DNA of 64,000 nucleotides from Bugula neritina (taxonomy: Eukaryota > Animalia > Bryozoa): assembly GCA_964035545.1 (NCBI GenBank), contig OZ037771.1:13887133-13951132 (forward strand), given 5' to 3'. Below, piece by piece: positions 1 through 12,694 of this stretch (the first letter of the stretch is position 1; each line of letters starts with the position of its first letter). The notes beneath the pieces were generated by a model. The model saw nothing but the letters and a program-made list of their open reading frames with translations, had not been told where the DNA came from and made no database searches. The translations under genes were made by a program, and so were the position numbers.

Positions 1-100
1 ATTTAAATCGCTAAGTTTTCAAATAGAATTCTCAAGTTCTACATTCCACACAAGAGACAAAACACTTGACAACGTATTGACCAATCAATGATGAACTTAC

Positions 101-3100
101 TTTGTCTATCAGATAGCCGGAACCATTCAAAGTAGCTACAAAAATTCCATTTTCAGATATAACGGGTGTAGCATATATAGCCCCTTTCAGTCTCACTTTC
201 CATAATAGAGAGAATTCAGGCTACAGAGTGTAAATTATACAGAAAAGAACAATAAGAATACCACATTAGAATGGAAGACAGATTAAGATTTCCAAACAGC
301 ATATGAGAACTAGAATAGTAGCTAAATGACGCTGTAGAATTATGGTTAATATTATAAAGTTGTAACTACACAATAAAGGGTAGTTGGAAACTATAAGTCC
401 AGTAAGAAAAGTCAGTCAAAATTGATAAACTGAACTTACAAAGCATTACTTTATTTCTCAATTACATCGCAAATTACACATAATATATTCTAGTATTTGA
501 AATACAAAGTATTAAAACCTAATACAAAGTGCAGAACCAACTCAAACTGATGAGGAATTGTGTTCCCTATATTTCTAGTTGCTATAATGATAATATTTCG
601 ATAATTTATTATAAAATATATTTTCTCTCCCATAACATAAACCCCTAACTTAAACATAAAAAGATCAGGAAAATTGCAAGTCATTCAAAAAGATTAAACG
701 TTTAATATTGTAGACACTAAAACTGCCAGCTGTGTTTAACTAAAGTGAAACAAACCAGAGAGAGGCAGTAGAGATGGTGATCATGTGACCCAAAATAGAC
801 ACGCCCACTGTCAACTGCTGGAGTAGACTTGATGACATCACCAGTAAGGTGCTTGTACATGATGTCTCCAGTGAAAGCTTGTAAACAGTAGAGATACTTG
901 TCATAGCAACCTATAGTAAGATACAATTTAATAAGTAACATATTACTATCACCATTTCCATTGCTTCCCATTATATGAATGGATGCTCATAGGATAAAGT
1001 TGTGGTTGCCGTTTGCATGAACTTGATGTTTATGGTTTCAATTCCAAAAATCGAATGAAAAATCCATTCACATAATGTGAAGCTTGGAAACATAGTGATT
1101 GTAGAGCCATGTTTCGGATGACTACCAGAGAAATAAAGAAAATGATTACAATGTAAATATTCTGCATTTTATTAAAACACCTTTTGTACGCAATTTCAAG
1201 TTTACACCTTGTCTGAAGATTTACCAAGATCTGGCTATATTTTCAAATTGCAGAGAGGAAATTATGTAATCATGAAAGAGTAACAAGCAGAAAGCATCTC
1301 ATAATTCAGCTTAACTCAAGCACTATTCAGTAGAAAGTTAGTAGACTAGTAGAAGTATATAACACACAGTTATGGATATAAACCACCTAGGTTAATCAGA
1401 TGGAGGATAAGCACAAATCAATGTTACTGTAAATACCCAATACAAAGATGCCAAACCATGACATAGCTGAGTTCACTCTCTTTTAGCAAACCAATACTCA
1501 AGCTATAGCATCTATTCTAATGACTAACTAATAGAATTCCTGATAAAAATGAATTCACTACAACAAATATTTCCCATATTACGTAGCCAGCAATGTATTT
1601 TGTCAAATTTCAACCACTTTACACTTTAAACATGGTAAACCAAAAAATGTCAATGATTATTTTATACATAGGTATAATTGCAAAATGTTCATCAATTAAA
1701 AGAAACTGTAGGAATAAACAATGTGCTGGATCACACAGTCTATTACCAACAAAAATCATTCTGTGTCTTTGAGAGACGACTGCAGTGGCTTCAACTCTAC
1801 CTCCCAGAATGGCACTCCACACTACCTCCCCATTAGATATATTGATGCATAGGAACTTATGGCTATGAGACCCAACATAAGCAAAGTTGTCTTCTCTAAA
1901 ACAAGCAATAAATTATGCAAATAAGAGTAAATATTAACAAACACCATAAAACCCAGGCACATTGCATAATACATGACTCTGTTGAAATATTTTAGTTGCA
2001 TTTTCCATGAAACTTGTGATGTCAAGTAAATTAAACATCTATTGAGACAGCCCTGTTTAGCTAAAAAACACAAATAGACAGAAAAGTTAAACTTACAAAA
2101 TTAAATATTGTAGTTGGTAAACGCTATCAATAAATCTTCAGATAACCGAAGCACGAAAATTAAACAGAATCTTTTAAACCAACACATGAGTCAGTGTATA
2201 TTAGAGCTCAACTACACTAACCCTGTAGAGATCAAAGTGGGCGTGGCATCTACACATTTGCCAGTGTCAACTTCCCATAACCTCTTAGCGTGTAGAGATA
2301 TGTTGGAGGGAAAAGATGGACAGGGGTTGATGAGACAGTCTTTCTGTACTACAGTAAGGATCTCAGGCAGTGTTGAGGGTGAGTTTGATGAAACTGTAAA
2401 TAATAAAACCTGTTGCTATAATTCTGGTACAAAACACTACTATTTCTTATAATTTTGGTATGTAAGTGAATACTAAGAATGAATAAAGATCAAGAGAATT
2501 AAATAAAAGGTATGAGCTGCAGTATTGAAATCAACAGTTGTATTTACAGTGGTATCTACAGTTGTGCTTACAGTTTACAAATGTGTCTAAAGTTGAGTCT
2601 ACGGTTGTGTCTACAGATGTGTCTACAGATGTGTCTACAGATGTGTCTACAGTTGTGTCTACAGTTGAGTCTAAGGTTGTGTCTACAGATGTGTCTACAG
2701 TTGTGTCTACAGATGTTTCTACAGTTGTGTCTACAGATGTGTCTACAGATGTGTCTACAGATGTGTCTACAGATGTGTCTACAGTTGAGTCTACTAATCA
2801 CCTTTGAGTTTCTTTCTAGGTGGAGAATTATCTTCCTGACTTTTAGTGACAGCTGCTGGGAGTGAGAGGGAATCCCTAACATATAAACATACATAACATA
2901 ACATACAGCTCATCAGATATATTATATATAAAGCCAAGAATGTATTTCCAGACATTCATTTGAATACCAATAGTCTTTATACTAGCCAAACAACAATTGA
3001 CTCTTTGTTTGTAACTTGAGTGTAAACAACAGAGTATAAATTATGTATTAACACACAGAGTCATGAAATGAAGTCATATATACTTACACTCTGAAAATAT

Positions 3101-3224
3101 ACTTACATATGTTCATATATACCTACACACACCTATATACACTTACACTCCGAAAATATACCTACATATGTTCATATATACCTACACACACCTATATACA
3201 CTTACACACACTGAATATACACTT

Positions 3225-3255
<31 letters not shown>

Positions 3256-6200
3256 CACTTACACACACTCCTATATATACTTACACAAACTCCTATATAC
3301 ACTTACACACTCATATATACTTACACACATATATATACACTTACATACACTGAATCTACACTTACACAAACTTCTATATATACTTACACATATATACTTA
3401 CACATAGTGACAGAGCTCACGAATACTCTGATTCAATATGGCTTGCAGAACTTCATGCTGAGTGTCAGAAGTATGACTCATCTCCAACAGCTGACAGGAG
3501 AGAGCAAGTGCCTGCACAGAGCTGCCACCATTCTCCACAAACGTCTTATCAATATCAAGATGGCATTCCCCAGAGAAATATGACTGAAATAAAAACACAA
3601 ATTAATATTCATGCGATGAATTTTTATGAAAGGAAAGCAATTTCCAAAACAGTATTTTAGAATTATCCACTGAATGTAAGATTTTTTAAGAAAAATATTT
3701 CCGGGGTAGTATTTTATAGAAAAGTTATGAGTTTGAAAATTGAAATTTAAAAATATTTTAAACAAGAATTGAAAAATGGCGTATACTGTATAATACAGAG
3801 ACTAGAGTAATATATATACTTACCTGTATAATACAGAGACTAGAGTAATATATATACTTACCTGTATAATACAGAAACTAGAGTAATATATATACTTACC
3901 TGTATAATACAGAGACTAGAGTAGTATATATACTTACCTGTATAATACAGAGGCTAGAGTAATATATATATATACTTACCTGTATAATACAGATACTAGA
4001 GTAATATATATACTTACCTGTATAATACAGAGACTAGAGTAGTATATATACTTACCTGTATAATACAGAGACTAAAGTAGTATATAAACTTACCTGTATA
4101 ATACAGAGACTAGAGTAATATATATATATACTTACCTGTATAATACAGAGACTAGAGTAATATATATACTTACCTGTATAATACAGAGACTAGAGTAGTA
4201 TATAGACTCCTTAATGTGACTCTCAACCAGCTCTAACAACTTCTTTCTGTTCAGTTTTCCTGAAGGTAAGAAGAAAACTCCCTCAATACAAATTATTGTC
4301 TGTTGAATTATTATTTGAAATCAACAAAATTGAAGAAAAGGCCAAATAATTGTGTAAAACTTGTGTAACTTCACCAGCCCTCTCCTGAGCTAACACTTAT
4401 ATGAGACAATATGAGACAATTTGCCCTGTCAAAACAGGCACTTGGCAAGCACCTGGACTGATGGATCAAACACTACGCAATCTGGTAATATCATAGCAGG
4501 TATTCTAAACAACACCGATATATTAAAAGTTCTTGGGCTATATAAAAGTTTAATGCAGAAACATGCAGTCACTTGGAAAAGTGGCTATAGATTTTTCCAG
4601 AACTATAAATTATGAGTTTCCCCCAATGACTGTAGCGGGCATTGCGTCACCTCCATGACTCACCATGACTGTTGACAGGGAGGTGGTCCAGCTGAATAAC
4701 TCTGTCTGGTATGTAGTGGGGAGGGAGAGAGGAAGTTAGATGATTCTCCACACCACCAGGGGGCAGCACACCGGAATATACAAGCACTAGACCCTTTTCC
4801 TTGTCGTATATAGAACTAGCTTGCTGAACATCAGAGTGTCTTTCAGCATACTGTACAAATAAACATACCGTTGCTGACGTCACACATAATCATTCAGTAA
4901 AAAATATTTCCTTAACTTATTCATTGCATAAATTGCGTAACACTTTACTTTGATAGACACTTGAAGTTGAAGATTTGTAAAGACGTCTTTTATAAAAGAA
5001 ACTAACTTGACTCAGGAAAAGTAGGTTTAGTCGGATTCCAGCTCGTTTAATAAAGTCAGCATTCTTTCTACCAGTCACATATATCTGATCATGTGACTGA
5101 GTGACTATGTCACCAGTGTCAAGGTCATATGACTCAGTGATGCCATTGCGGCCGTCGATATAGCAGACTCTAGTTTGACTACCTGCAGAACACACGACCT
5201 TCTTTATTAGTATTGCAGAATACCATTTATTATATTTAATGCTCGATATTATAATATAATAATATTATTATATCATAATATAATATCATGTTATTGTAAT
5301 TAATGTTCGATTTCATATAAAAATGTTCCATTTCATTAATATTTTTGCCCAGCTGGGCATAGTGTAGCACAATTTTTTGGCAAATGTTGTAACTCGATGC
5401 TTTTCTGAATAAAAGTTTCTTGGAGAAAAGACAGAACTCCATTAGCTGTCCAGAGTGTAGCATCTGCTTGAACACCAAATTAGCAACAAGCGTAGAGAAT
5501 TTAGTGTAGATGAAATGACACAAATAGTCTAGCATTACTACTATTCAGTCTTACTACAAGTATGTTAATAAAAACTTATTTCTAACAGAACAAACAATTC
5601 TTGATATGAACACTGATAACATTTATGACACTGACAGATGTGACACTTGTGACAGTGAAGTGTATGACATTTAGGGCACTTGTGACACTGACACTTACGA
5701 TATGAACCCTGGCATATTATTAGATATGTATGACACATATGACACGTATGATACTCATGACACATGTCACATATGACACTGATTCGCTTAACACTTATGG
5801 CTCATGAGACTGACACGAATGACACTGACACTTGTGACATGAACACTGGCATGATGTTGGATATGATTGATTTTGACAGATATCATTAACTGCTCAGAGA
5901 AATATTTATTCTACAAGTTAAAGTTATTTGCATTCTTGCAGATGACAAGCCCAAAAGAGGAAACGCATGGTTAGGCAAACTTTATTCAGATGCTTATAAC
6001 AGGAAATGGTGACTCACACAGTCTGAGTTCAGCTTCTCCATCGTTGGAGTCTGCCTTCAACTTGAACGCCGTCTGACAGAGAGCTGTTCCTATAGGGACA
6101 GGATCCATGCACCTTCTACTATCAGACTTATACTTTCACATCGGACATGTATTACAAGGGTATGCACACAGACATACCCATTTCATGAATTTTACTTTTT

Positions 6201-9200
6201 AGACTAAATGTAAATGAGGATACTGCACATGAAAGAAAATTTTATATTCTCATTTTAGCATGTACAGTGCTCCCTTTATACCTCACGAATCCTTTTCTCA
6301 CAAAGTTCTATAGGTCACGAGAAGGGTTTGGACCCTCGTTTTGTAGCTTATGTATTTGTGTATAGGGACAAAATGGTTGAATTTAATGCGTTCCGGGAGT
6401 TAAACCTGGTATGTCACAAATTGAGATTTCAGGGCCCACAGCTTAGAGAGATACGGAGGGAGAACTGTATTACATATAGACACAACCTATACATGTTTCA
6501 CATCAGCCATGTATTAGATTAGTATATTTTACACATGCACCTACGGTTACGGGTAGTCATGACCCAGCCCTTACCTAACAATGTAGTCAGAATCTATCTG
6601 ATAGACTGAGGACCACACAGACTGCTCCGTCAAGCCGTAGACATTAAAGAACTTTATTCTTTTCATGAGTGTCTCTGAACCTCCACACATATCAGACAAA
6701 TCCGCACCTGAATTACATGACTAGTACCTTCAGACAGTAGTACTCTCAGACAGTAGTACTCTCAGACAGTAGTACTCTCAGACAGTAGTACGCTCAGACA
6801 GTAGTACCTTCAGACAGTAGTACTCTCAGGCAGTAGTACTCTCAGACAGTAGTACTCTCAGACAGTAGTACTCTCAGACAGTAGTACTCTCAGACACTAG
6901 TGCTCTCAGACAGTAGTACTCTCAGACAGTAGTACTCTCAGACAGTAGTACTCTCAGACAGTAGTACTCTCAGACACTAGTACTCTCAGACAGTAGTACT
7001 CTCAGACAGTAGTACTCTCAGACAGTAGTACTCTCAGACAGTAGTACTCTCAGACAGTAGTACTCTCAGACAGTAGTACTCTCAGACAGTAGTACCTTCA
7101 GACAGTAGTACTCTCAGACAGTAGTACTCTCAGACAGTAGTACTCTCAGACAGTAGTATCAATACAAGTGAGCATAACTCTCAACAAACACATCAGCACT
7201 AGTAAAACTGTCTCTTAAGAGATCAACCTTGATTTGAAGCTTTTTTACTACTATCTGAAATCTTGAAATGTTTTTAATCTACTTAATACGTGTGAATCAA
7301 AAATAATACAGTTAATAACAAGTGACTTGATTATAAAAATACAGATATATATTTTAATGCCTTGAGTTGAAAGAATGTTGTCTTCTTATACAGAGACTAT
7401 GATTGGTTGGAACATTAGAGTCTGTTGTTTTGTCTTCTAATGGTACAAAATTAAACAGCATCTATAGATACTAAAAATCAACTATAATATTACCGTAGAT
7501 ACTATATTACTGTAAATATGACATTACTATATATTCTATACTACTGCTGGTAATGGGAAATATTGGTGTCTAGATAAATTAAGAAGATCAAAAATTTCAC
7601 TAAAACGCTAACAATTTAGAGCTTCAAGAACATGACAACACAACAGGATGAGCTAGTCAAGGTTCTATCCTTGAATCTCAAAATATTACCAGTTAGGCAG
7701 GGTTCTCCACCCAAACTAATAACCTCAACACTGGTATTGTGAGAGAGAAGCTCCTGGGCTATGCTGTGAAGATTCAGTAATTTTAGGAAACTGGGAACAG
7801 CCTGCAACAGAAAACAACCAGAATAAAATACTAACAGGGCATCAAAAGATCAGAAACACTAAAACCGAGTGGAGATAACTAACTTTATAGTCAAAAATCC
7901 ATGTCATTTGACCCTCCCAAAGTCACCACTAGATGGCGGTAACTTAGAAAGCTTGTAGTTATGTAATTAAATAACACAAAGAATGCTGATTCTGAAAAAT
8001 ACAGATAATTTTTATAAGAAACCATATTAATTTATGACATTATTATGCATCAGTTTAAGAAAGGAAAGAAACCATATAAAAAGCACACTAATTATATAAT
8101 TTCTGACATAAAGAAAATTGAAAGTTGCTCTAAAATATAAATATAATTTGTTTATTCTTTCTAACATTTAGATACATACTTTTAGAAAATAATCTATTCA
8201 AGTTAATGGGCCCCCAAAAATATTTTGAAATTATAATTTATCTCAAGAAATTTTGAATAAAGTAAATTAATAATAAAAGCAAGAAATAAACTGGGTTACC
8301 ATACCTGGATATGGGTGACACAACTCTTTTTCAGATACTGAAGTAGCTCCACGTGTTTTCCAACTTTGAATTCGCGATAAATAACTTCACACCCTGTTGC
8401 TATGGCAATCAGAATTGTTAGTATAGCCGGGTCAAAGGTCAAAGGGGAGGAGCAATATAAAACACTTTTAGATGTTATATTCATGTGTTTTCTAAAACAA
8501 GAACACACCAACGAATGTAATGTTGAAATGTTTTAAAATCAAGGACAGGTTCCCTACCTCAATTCACAGTATTTGAAAATGAAAACATAAAAAAAAGTTA
8601 TTAGAAATAAAGCACATAGCAGAGGTATATTTTGCAGGTTGTAAGAATATTCGCACCGAACCTAAATTCATTAATATTAGGTTGAATACAGGACTTGGTG
8701 ACGTATACAATCTTTGGCTGAGGTCGGGTGGTGCCGGATGTGGTAGCAATATACATAATATCATCTCGATCCAAGACGCCAGCGTACTTCGCATCATGGC
8801 TCTTCGTAACATGACGATAAATCGAATCACCTTCCCGTACAATCCCTTCTGATTCAAAGGCAACCCTGGATATGAATTAGAATTATTAATTGAATTTAGA
8901 ATGGCTATAATTATTCGTGAAGATTTCTTATTTTACCACAAAACTTGACACTCATTCTAAATTAAAAATGTAATAAATAAGGTTATTTATAGTTCTCAAA
9001 CACAATCACTCCAGAAATACTTGTGAATTCGTTCTATTTCACTTGTACCTTGATTACAGCTGTACTTTACTGAGCATATGATTGTAAAAGCTCTACAGAG
9101 AAGGTAATGCATGGTATATATGGTATATAGATGATATTATGTAACTTTCTGAATTAGCTAAACCTTGTTTCAAATCCTAGAATGCTACTTCTATTGTGTA

Positions 9201-9223
9201 GCTTTTAATTGAGTCATACAAAA

Positions 9224-9305
<82 letters not shown>

Positions 9306-9729
9306 TTTTCTATTAAAAACAATGCATCATAAAATATTATAATGATTTCTGCTTCCTAGTAGGTTTGTAGCGTTAGAAACCAGAAAATATATTCACACTG
9401 TTTATCATAAATGCAAGTGAGTAAAAATATAAATTGCACAACATGGAGGAGAAAAGTGTGCCAAGAATGAATTAAATAATATTGAATGATTCTTTTTCTA
9501 ATGTAATTTAGAATGAAAAAGGCGTTATACTAATTGAAATTCACACGAGTTTTAATGTCACAATACAGAGCGGTAGGTAGCAGAAAACTGAGAATAGAAT
9601 AGACCAAAACTCATACTGTAGAAAAATTTGCCGTATAAACTCATTAACTTTTCTGTTCACGCTAACCTGAGTGTAGCTGAGGAGTTGTGAGTCGCAAACT
9701 TTATACAATACGGTATTCTCTGAATCCAT
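101..9729 (-). CDS. AASDH: Beta-alanine-activating enzyme / ACSF4 (NRPS-like: adenylation + carrier + PQQ-like beta-propeller), multi-exon, 3' end beyond left edge; 5' exons uncertain
   Basis: Spliced peptides: YIATTSGTTRPQPKIV (~8681-8866), SPLTFDP (~8304-8491), ISLGGEP (~7662-7802), NVYGLTE (~6577-6707), DTGD..GRK..IKRAGIRLNL (~5006-5182), LPVNSHG|KLNRKKL (4662-4851 / 4174-4260), carrier motif FVENGGSS (~3402-3584), WEVDTGKCVDATP (~2221-2394), YVGSHSH..ILGGRVEAT (~1747-1896), GDVIKSTP..YFGSHDHHLY (~756-911), exon 101-221. Confidence 0.93.
2570..2790. repeat. 12-nt minisatellite (GTGTCTACAGAT/GTT), AASDH intron, just after the donor
   Basis: Direct tandem units; source of spurious MCLQ/VSTD/ICRH ORFs. 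Confidence 0.95.
3075..3402 (-). repeat. Degenerate repeat of GTGTAAGT(G/A)TATA starting at an AASDH donor
   Basis: Many ACTTACAC copies on the + strand; the rightmost is the used donor (TAT GT|gtaagt). Confidence 0.8.
3785..4205 (-). repeat. 38-42-nt minisatellite containing exon end + CAG|GTAAGT donor (10 donor copies)
   Basis: Unit TACCTGTATAATACAGAGACTAGAGTAATATATATACT; the first unit on the minus strand encodes YYSSLCIIQ of AASDH. Confidence 0.95.
5620..5850. repeat. Degenerate TGACAC/TGTGACAC repeat
   Basis: Numerous TGACAC(T) copies in an AASDH intron. Confidence 0.7.
6721..7157. repeat. 16-nt minisatellite CAGACAGTAGTACTCT (~27 copies) next to an AASDH acceptor
   Basis: Near-perfect tandem array ending ~14 nt from the acceptor at ~6708. 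Confidence 0.97.
9220..9309. repeat. (AT)n microsatellite with inverted flanks AAAACC...GGTTTT
   Basis: Directly visible. Confidence 0.95.
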
Positions 9730-12015
9730 TCAGCCCAAAGGGAGGAGGAGAGGTCTATGGGGAGAAATGGCACTTCCTTACACACACAGCTACAAGAAAT
9801 TTAGTAGAATTCTATTTTGACAGTTATCATATATAGAAATAAATCAAATCCTGTTAAAGTACGAAAATAGCTTACGAGTTTCAATAAATGTTTTTTTTTA
9901 AATTAAATATGAGCTGTTCGAATTATATAATCAAAGTAACAAATCACAGCTTTTGAGATTTCATTCTTGAGTTAAAAAATAAAAGTGAAGCAGATGTTGC
10001 AAATCAACAGAGTAAAACAAATTGAACAAATTAAATTTTTTCAAACTAAAGTTCACCGATTTTAGAGTTTGCAAGTAAGGTGAAGGTTACAGAGAAAGGG
10101 AAAAATTGGCCAGAAAATAAGTTTAAAATATCAACGAAGGTATAATTTGTAAAGAACTAACATTTTTTAATGGTCCAAGCATCAAAACAAAAATTAGATA
10201 AATAATTCAAACAGACTTTAGATGTAATTGAGAGGTTTCAATGATGTGTATTAAAAAACCTTTTAATAATTTGAACAATTTCCTTCAATGGAAGATCTTT
10301 ATCTATTGCAGTTACTTGTTTGTTACCGCACTTTTGGCAAACACTCATTCTTGTTCATGGTGCTTCTACAAGAGGTGCAATCACCATTAGCAATCACTAA
10401 TAATGTCCAAACATAGCCATAATTATTTCAGTAACAGTGGAAAAATAAAGAAGGAATACTCCCGAATTATCAGATTGAAAATAGTTGACACTTGTTAAAA
10501 TGTTGACAATCGTCAATATGATAATTTTGAAAAATTCAATGCGATAATCATAACTATAACGAAGCAGCTTTGTCACCAGAATCCTACCAAAGTCAAGACA
10601 TAATCTTTATGCGATAAAGAGCGTTAGCATGACATTAAATCTAAAAACTTAATTTTAAATTCAAATTTAAATTGTAGGCAATAGAAAAAACATTTAAACA
10701 TTTGTTTTAAACTTATGCTGTGATTGCCACTTTCCCTGTGACTGCCACTTTCCCTGTGACTGTGAGTATGCCATTGTGATTGTGTCAAGATTAAAAAATA
10801 TTTCAATGATGATTAAAATCACAACAATAATGGTAGCGTTTATGTTGACAGTCACTGTGATGAATGGTTCTACTTTTATTAGTATTAGCAGCTCTGAGTG
10901 GGTGTTGAATGACTATGAGTGCAGTAGTTAGAGGGATCTCGAGTTTGAAGTTGGGGACATAACTCAAAACGTCAGACCCTGAACTAAAATCATCCTTCGC
11001 CACTAACTTGTAGCTGCTTATAGTTATAGAACCATTTCACTATACACTCACACGGACAGTGACTGTCAGTGTGAGTGTCAGGGTGACACTGTGAACACTG
11101 AATGTGTGTTAAAAGTAAAACTTAAAGTTAAACTGCGTCTGCTGTGAGTGTAAGTGTAAGTCACCTGGTGAGATTCCGAGTAAATTTATGGATAAAATAT
11201 TAATTTAAAGCAGCACTACATCTAGGTAAGTATATAATAATTATTATTATAACAGAGCTTGACAATGTTACATTTTAAAAGTATAGGAGCCTTTACACGA
11301 AGTGAGGGTATAGTTACCAACAGCAGGAATGACACTAGCAGTCTTTCTCAAGGACATCACCTTCACTCCTTTCTTAGTTATTTCAGAGTGTCGGGGAGGG
11401 AGGGGTGTGTGGAATTGTTGGGAAAAGTAGTTATGAGTTTTGTATACAAGATATCTTATTGGTTGTAAAAATTAAGTGTGTCCAATAGGGAATCACTGAT
11501 TTTAAATTCAACTCCAACAAAAATATGTACTTGAAACGCTAAAAAGCTATGGGTAGATAAATCGAAACTGTATGCGTAAATAAGCAAAGTTATGTATTGT
11601 GCAGAACTTTTGACGCCTTTTATTAGTAGGTAGTACAATAGGTACAATGTACCAAATGTGGCAATCAATTTGTTATCATACAATGTAGAATCAAAGCCCA
11701 AACTATAATAGTTAGATGTCAAATTACTATTTTCTTGTATGCAACTGGGAAATAATTCAATTATTGTTCAGACAACTCCATGAACAAAGGTAAATTAGAA
11801 AAAACAGTATGCTGTATCATGAAAGAGGCTTGTTACTAGTAATTTTCAAACATTCTCAATTTTATTTATTTGTGTCATTCAAAAGTGGCAATGAAGGTTG
11901 CAATCTAACTTTTAGTTGTTATGCAACTCAGTTGCCACATAGAATAGTGAGTAGAATAGTAAAAGTAACTATAAGTACCAAAATGCAAAACAAATTTTAT
12001 AAACTCTCTAAACTC

Positions 12016-12649
12016 TAACTTTCTGACCAGCTATCTCCATACTTGTTCTTCTTTTCTAAAACAATAAAAAAGAGTTGATATGAAATAACATCTCGCAGGA
12101 CCACGGCGGTGAAAGGTGACCAATATATAACATCTCATATTAGTTGTATTACCAGCAACAAATCCACACCATAATTTTCGATTCCTTTGCTAAAAGCACA
12201 ATGAAATCTAAAACAAGCACAACAGTAGAAAAATATCTCATAGACTTAAAGAATACCAAAAATATTGAACCAAAGTTTTAACCAACAAGTAAATTATACA
12301 TATTTGCACCAATGTTCAAATAACACGAGCTCACATTCTAAATTTTGATTAGCCAATAGAATTAAAATAAAATATGCAAATTATAATAAACGATCAGCAA
12401 GTGAATTTATAAAATAACGCAAGAAACTTGCCATTAGACGGAGTGTATGCGGAAGGTCGTCTATCAACTGAAGGTGGTGTTGGCTTGGCATTTGGTTGAG
12501 TCATCCCTTTAGGATTGGTTTCGTATAAACGGTTCTTTTGTCTCAAGTCTTCATAAGTAAGACCTCGAGAGGCTGCAAAAACATGGCTGCTGAGACAGGA
12601 AACAATGGAAAGGAATTCAACAAATCTACTCCAATTTGAACCATGCTGT

Positions 12650-12694
<45 letters not shown>

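Noticed and set aside
2512-2894. Repetitive ORFs (MCLQ, VSTD, ICRH)
   Set aside because: Translations of a 12-nt intronic repeat; the AASDH exon ends at G|gtgatt (~2801).
3109-3660. 183-aa Y/T/H-rich ORF
   Set aside because: Low-complexity repeat plus the antisense of an AASDH exon.
6721-7157. CRISPR-like regular array
   Set aside because: No unique spacers, no cas genes, eukaryotic intron.
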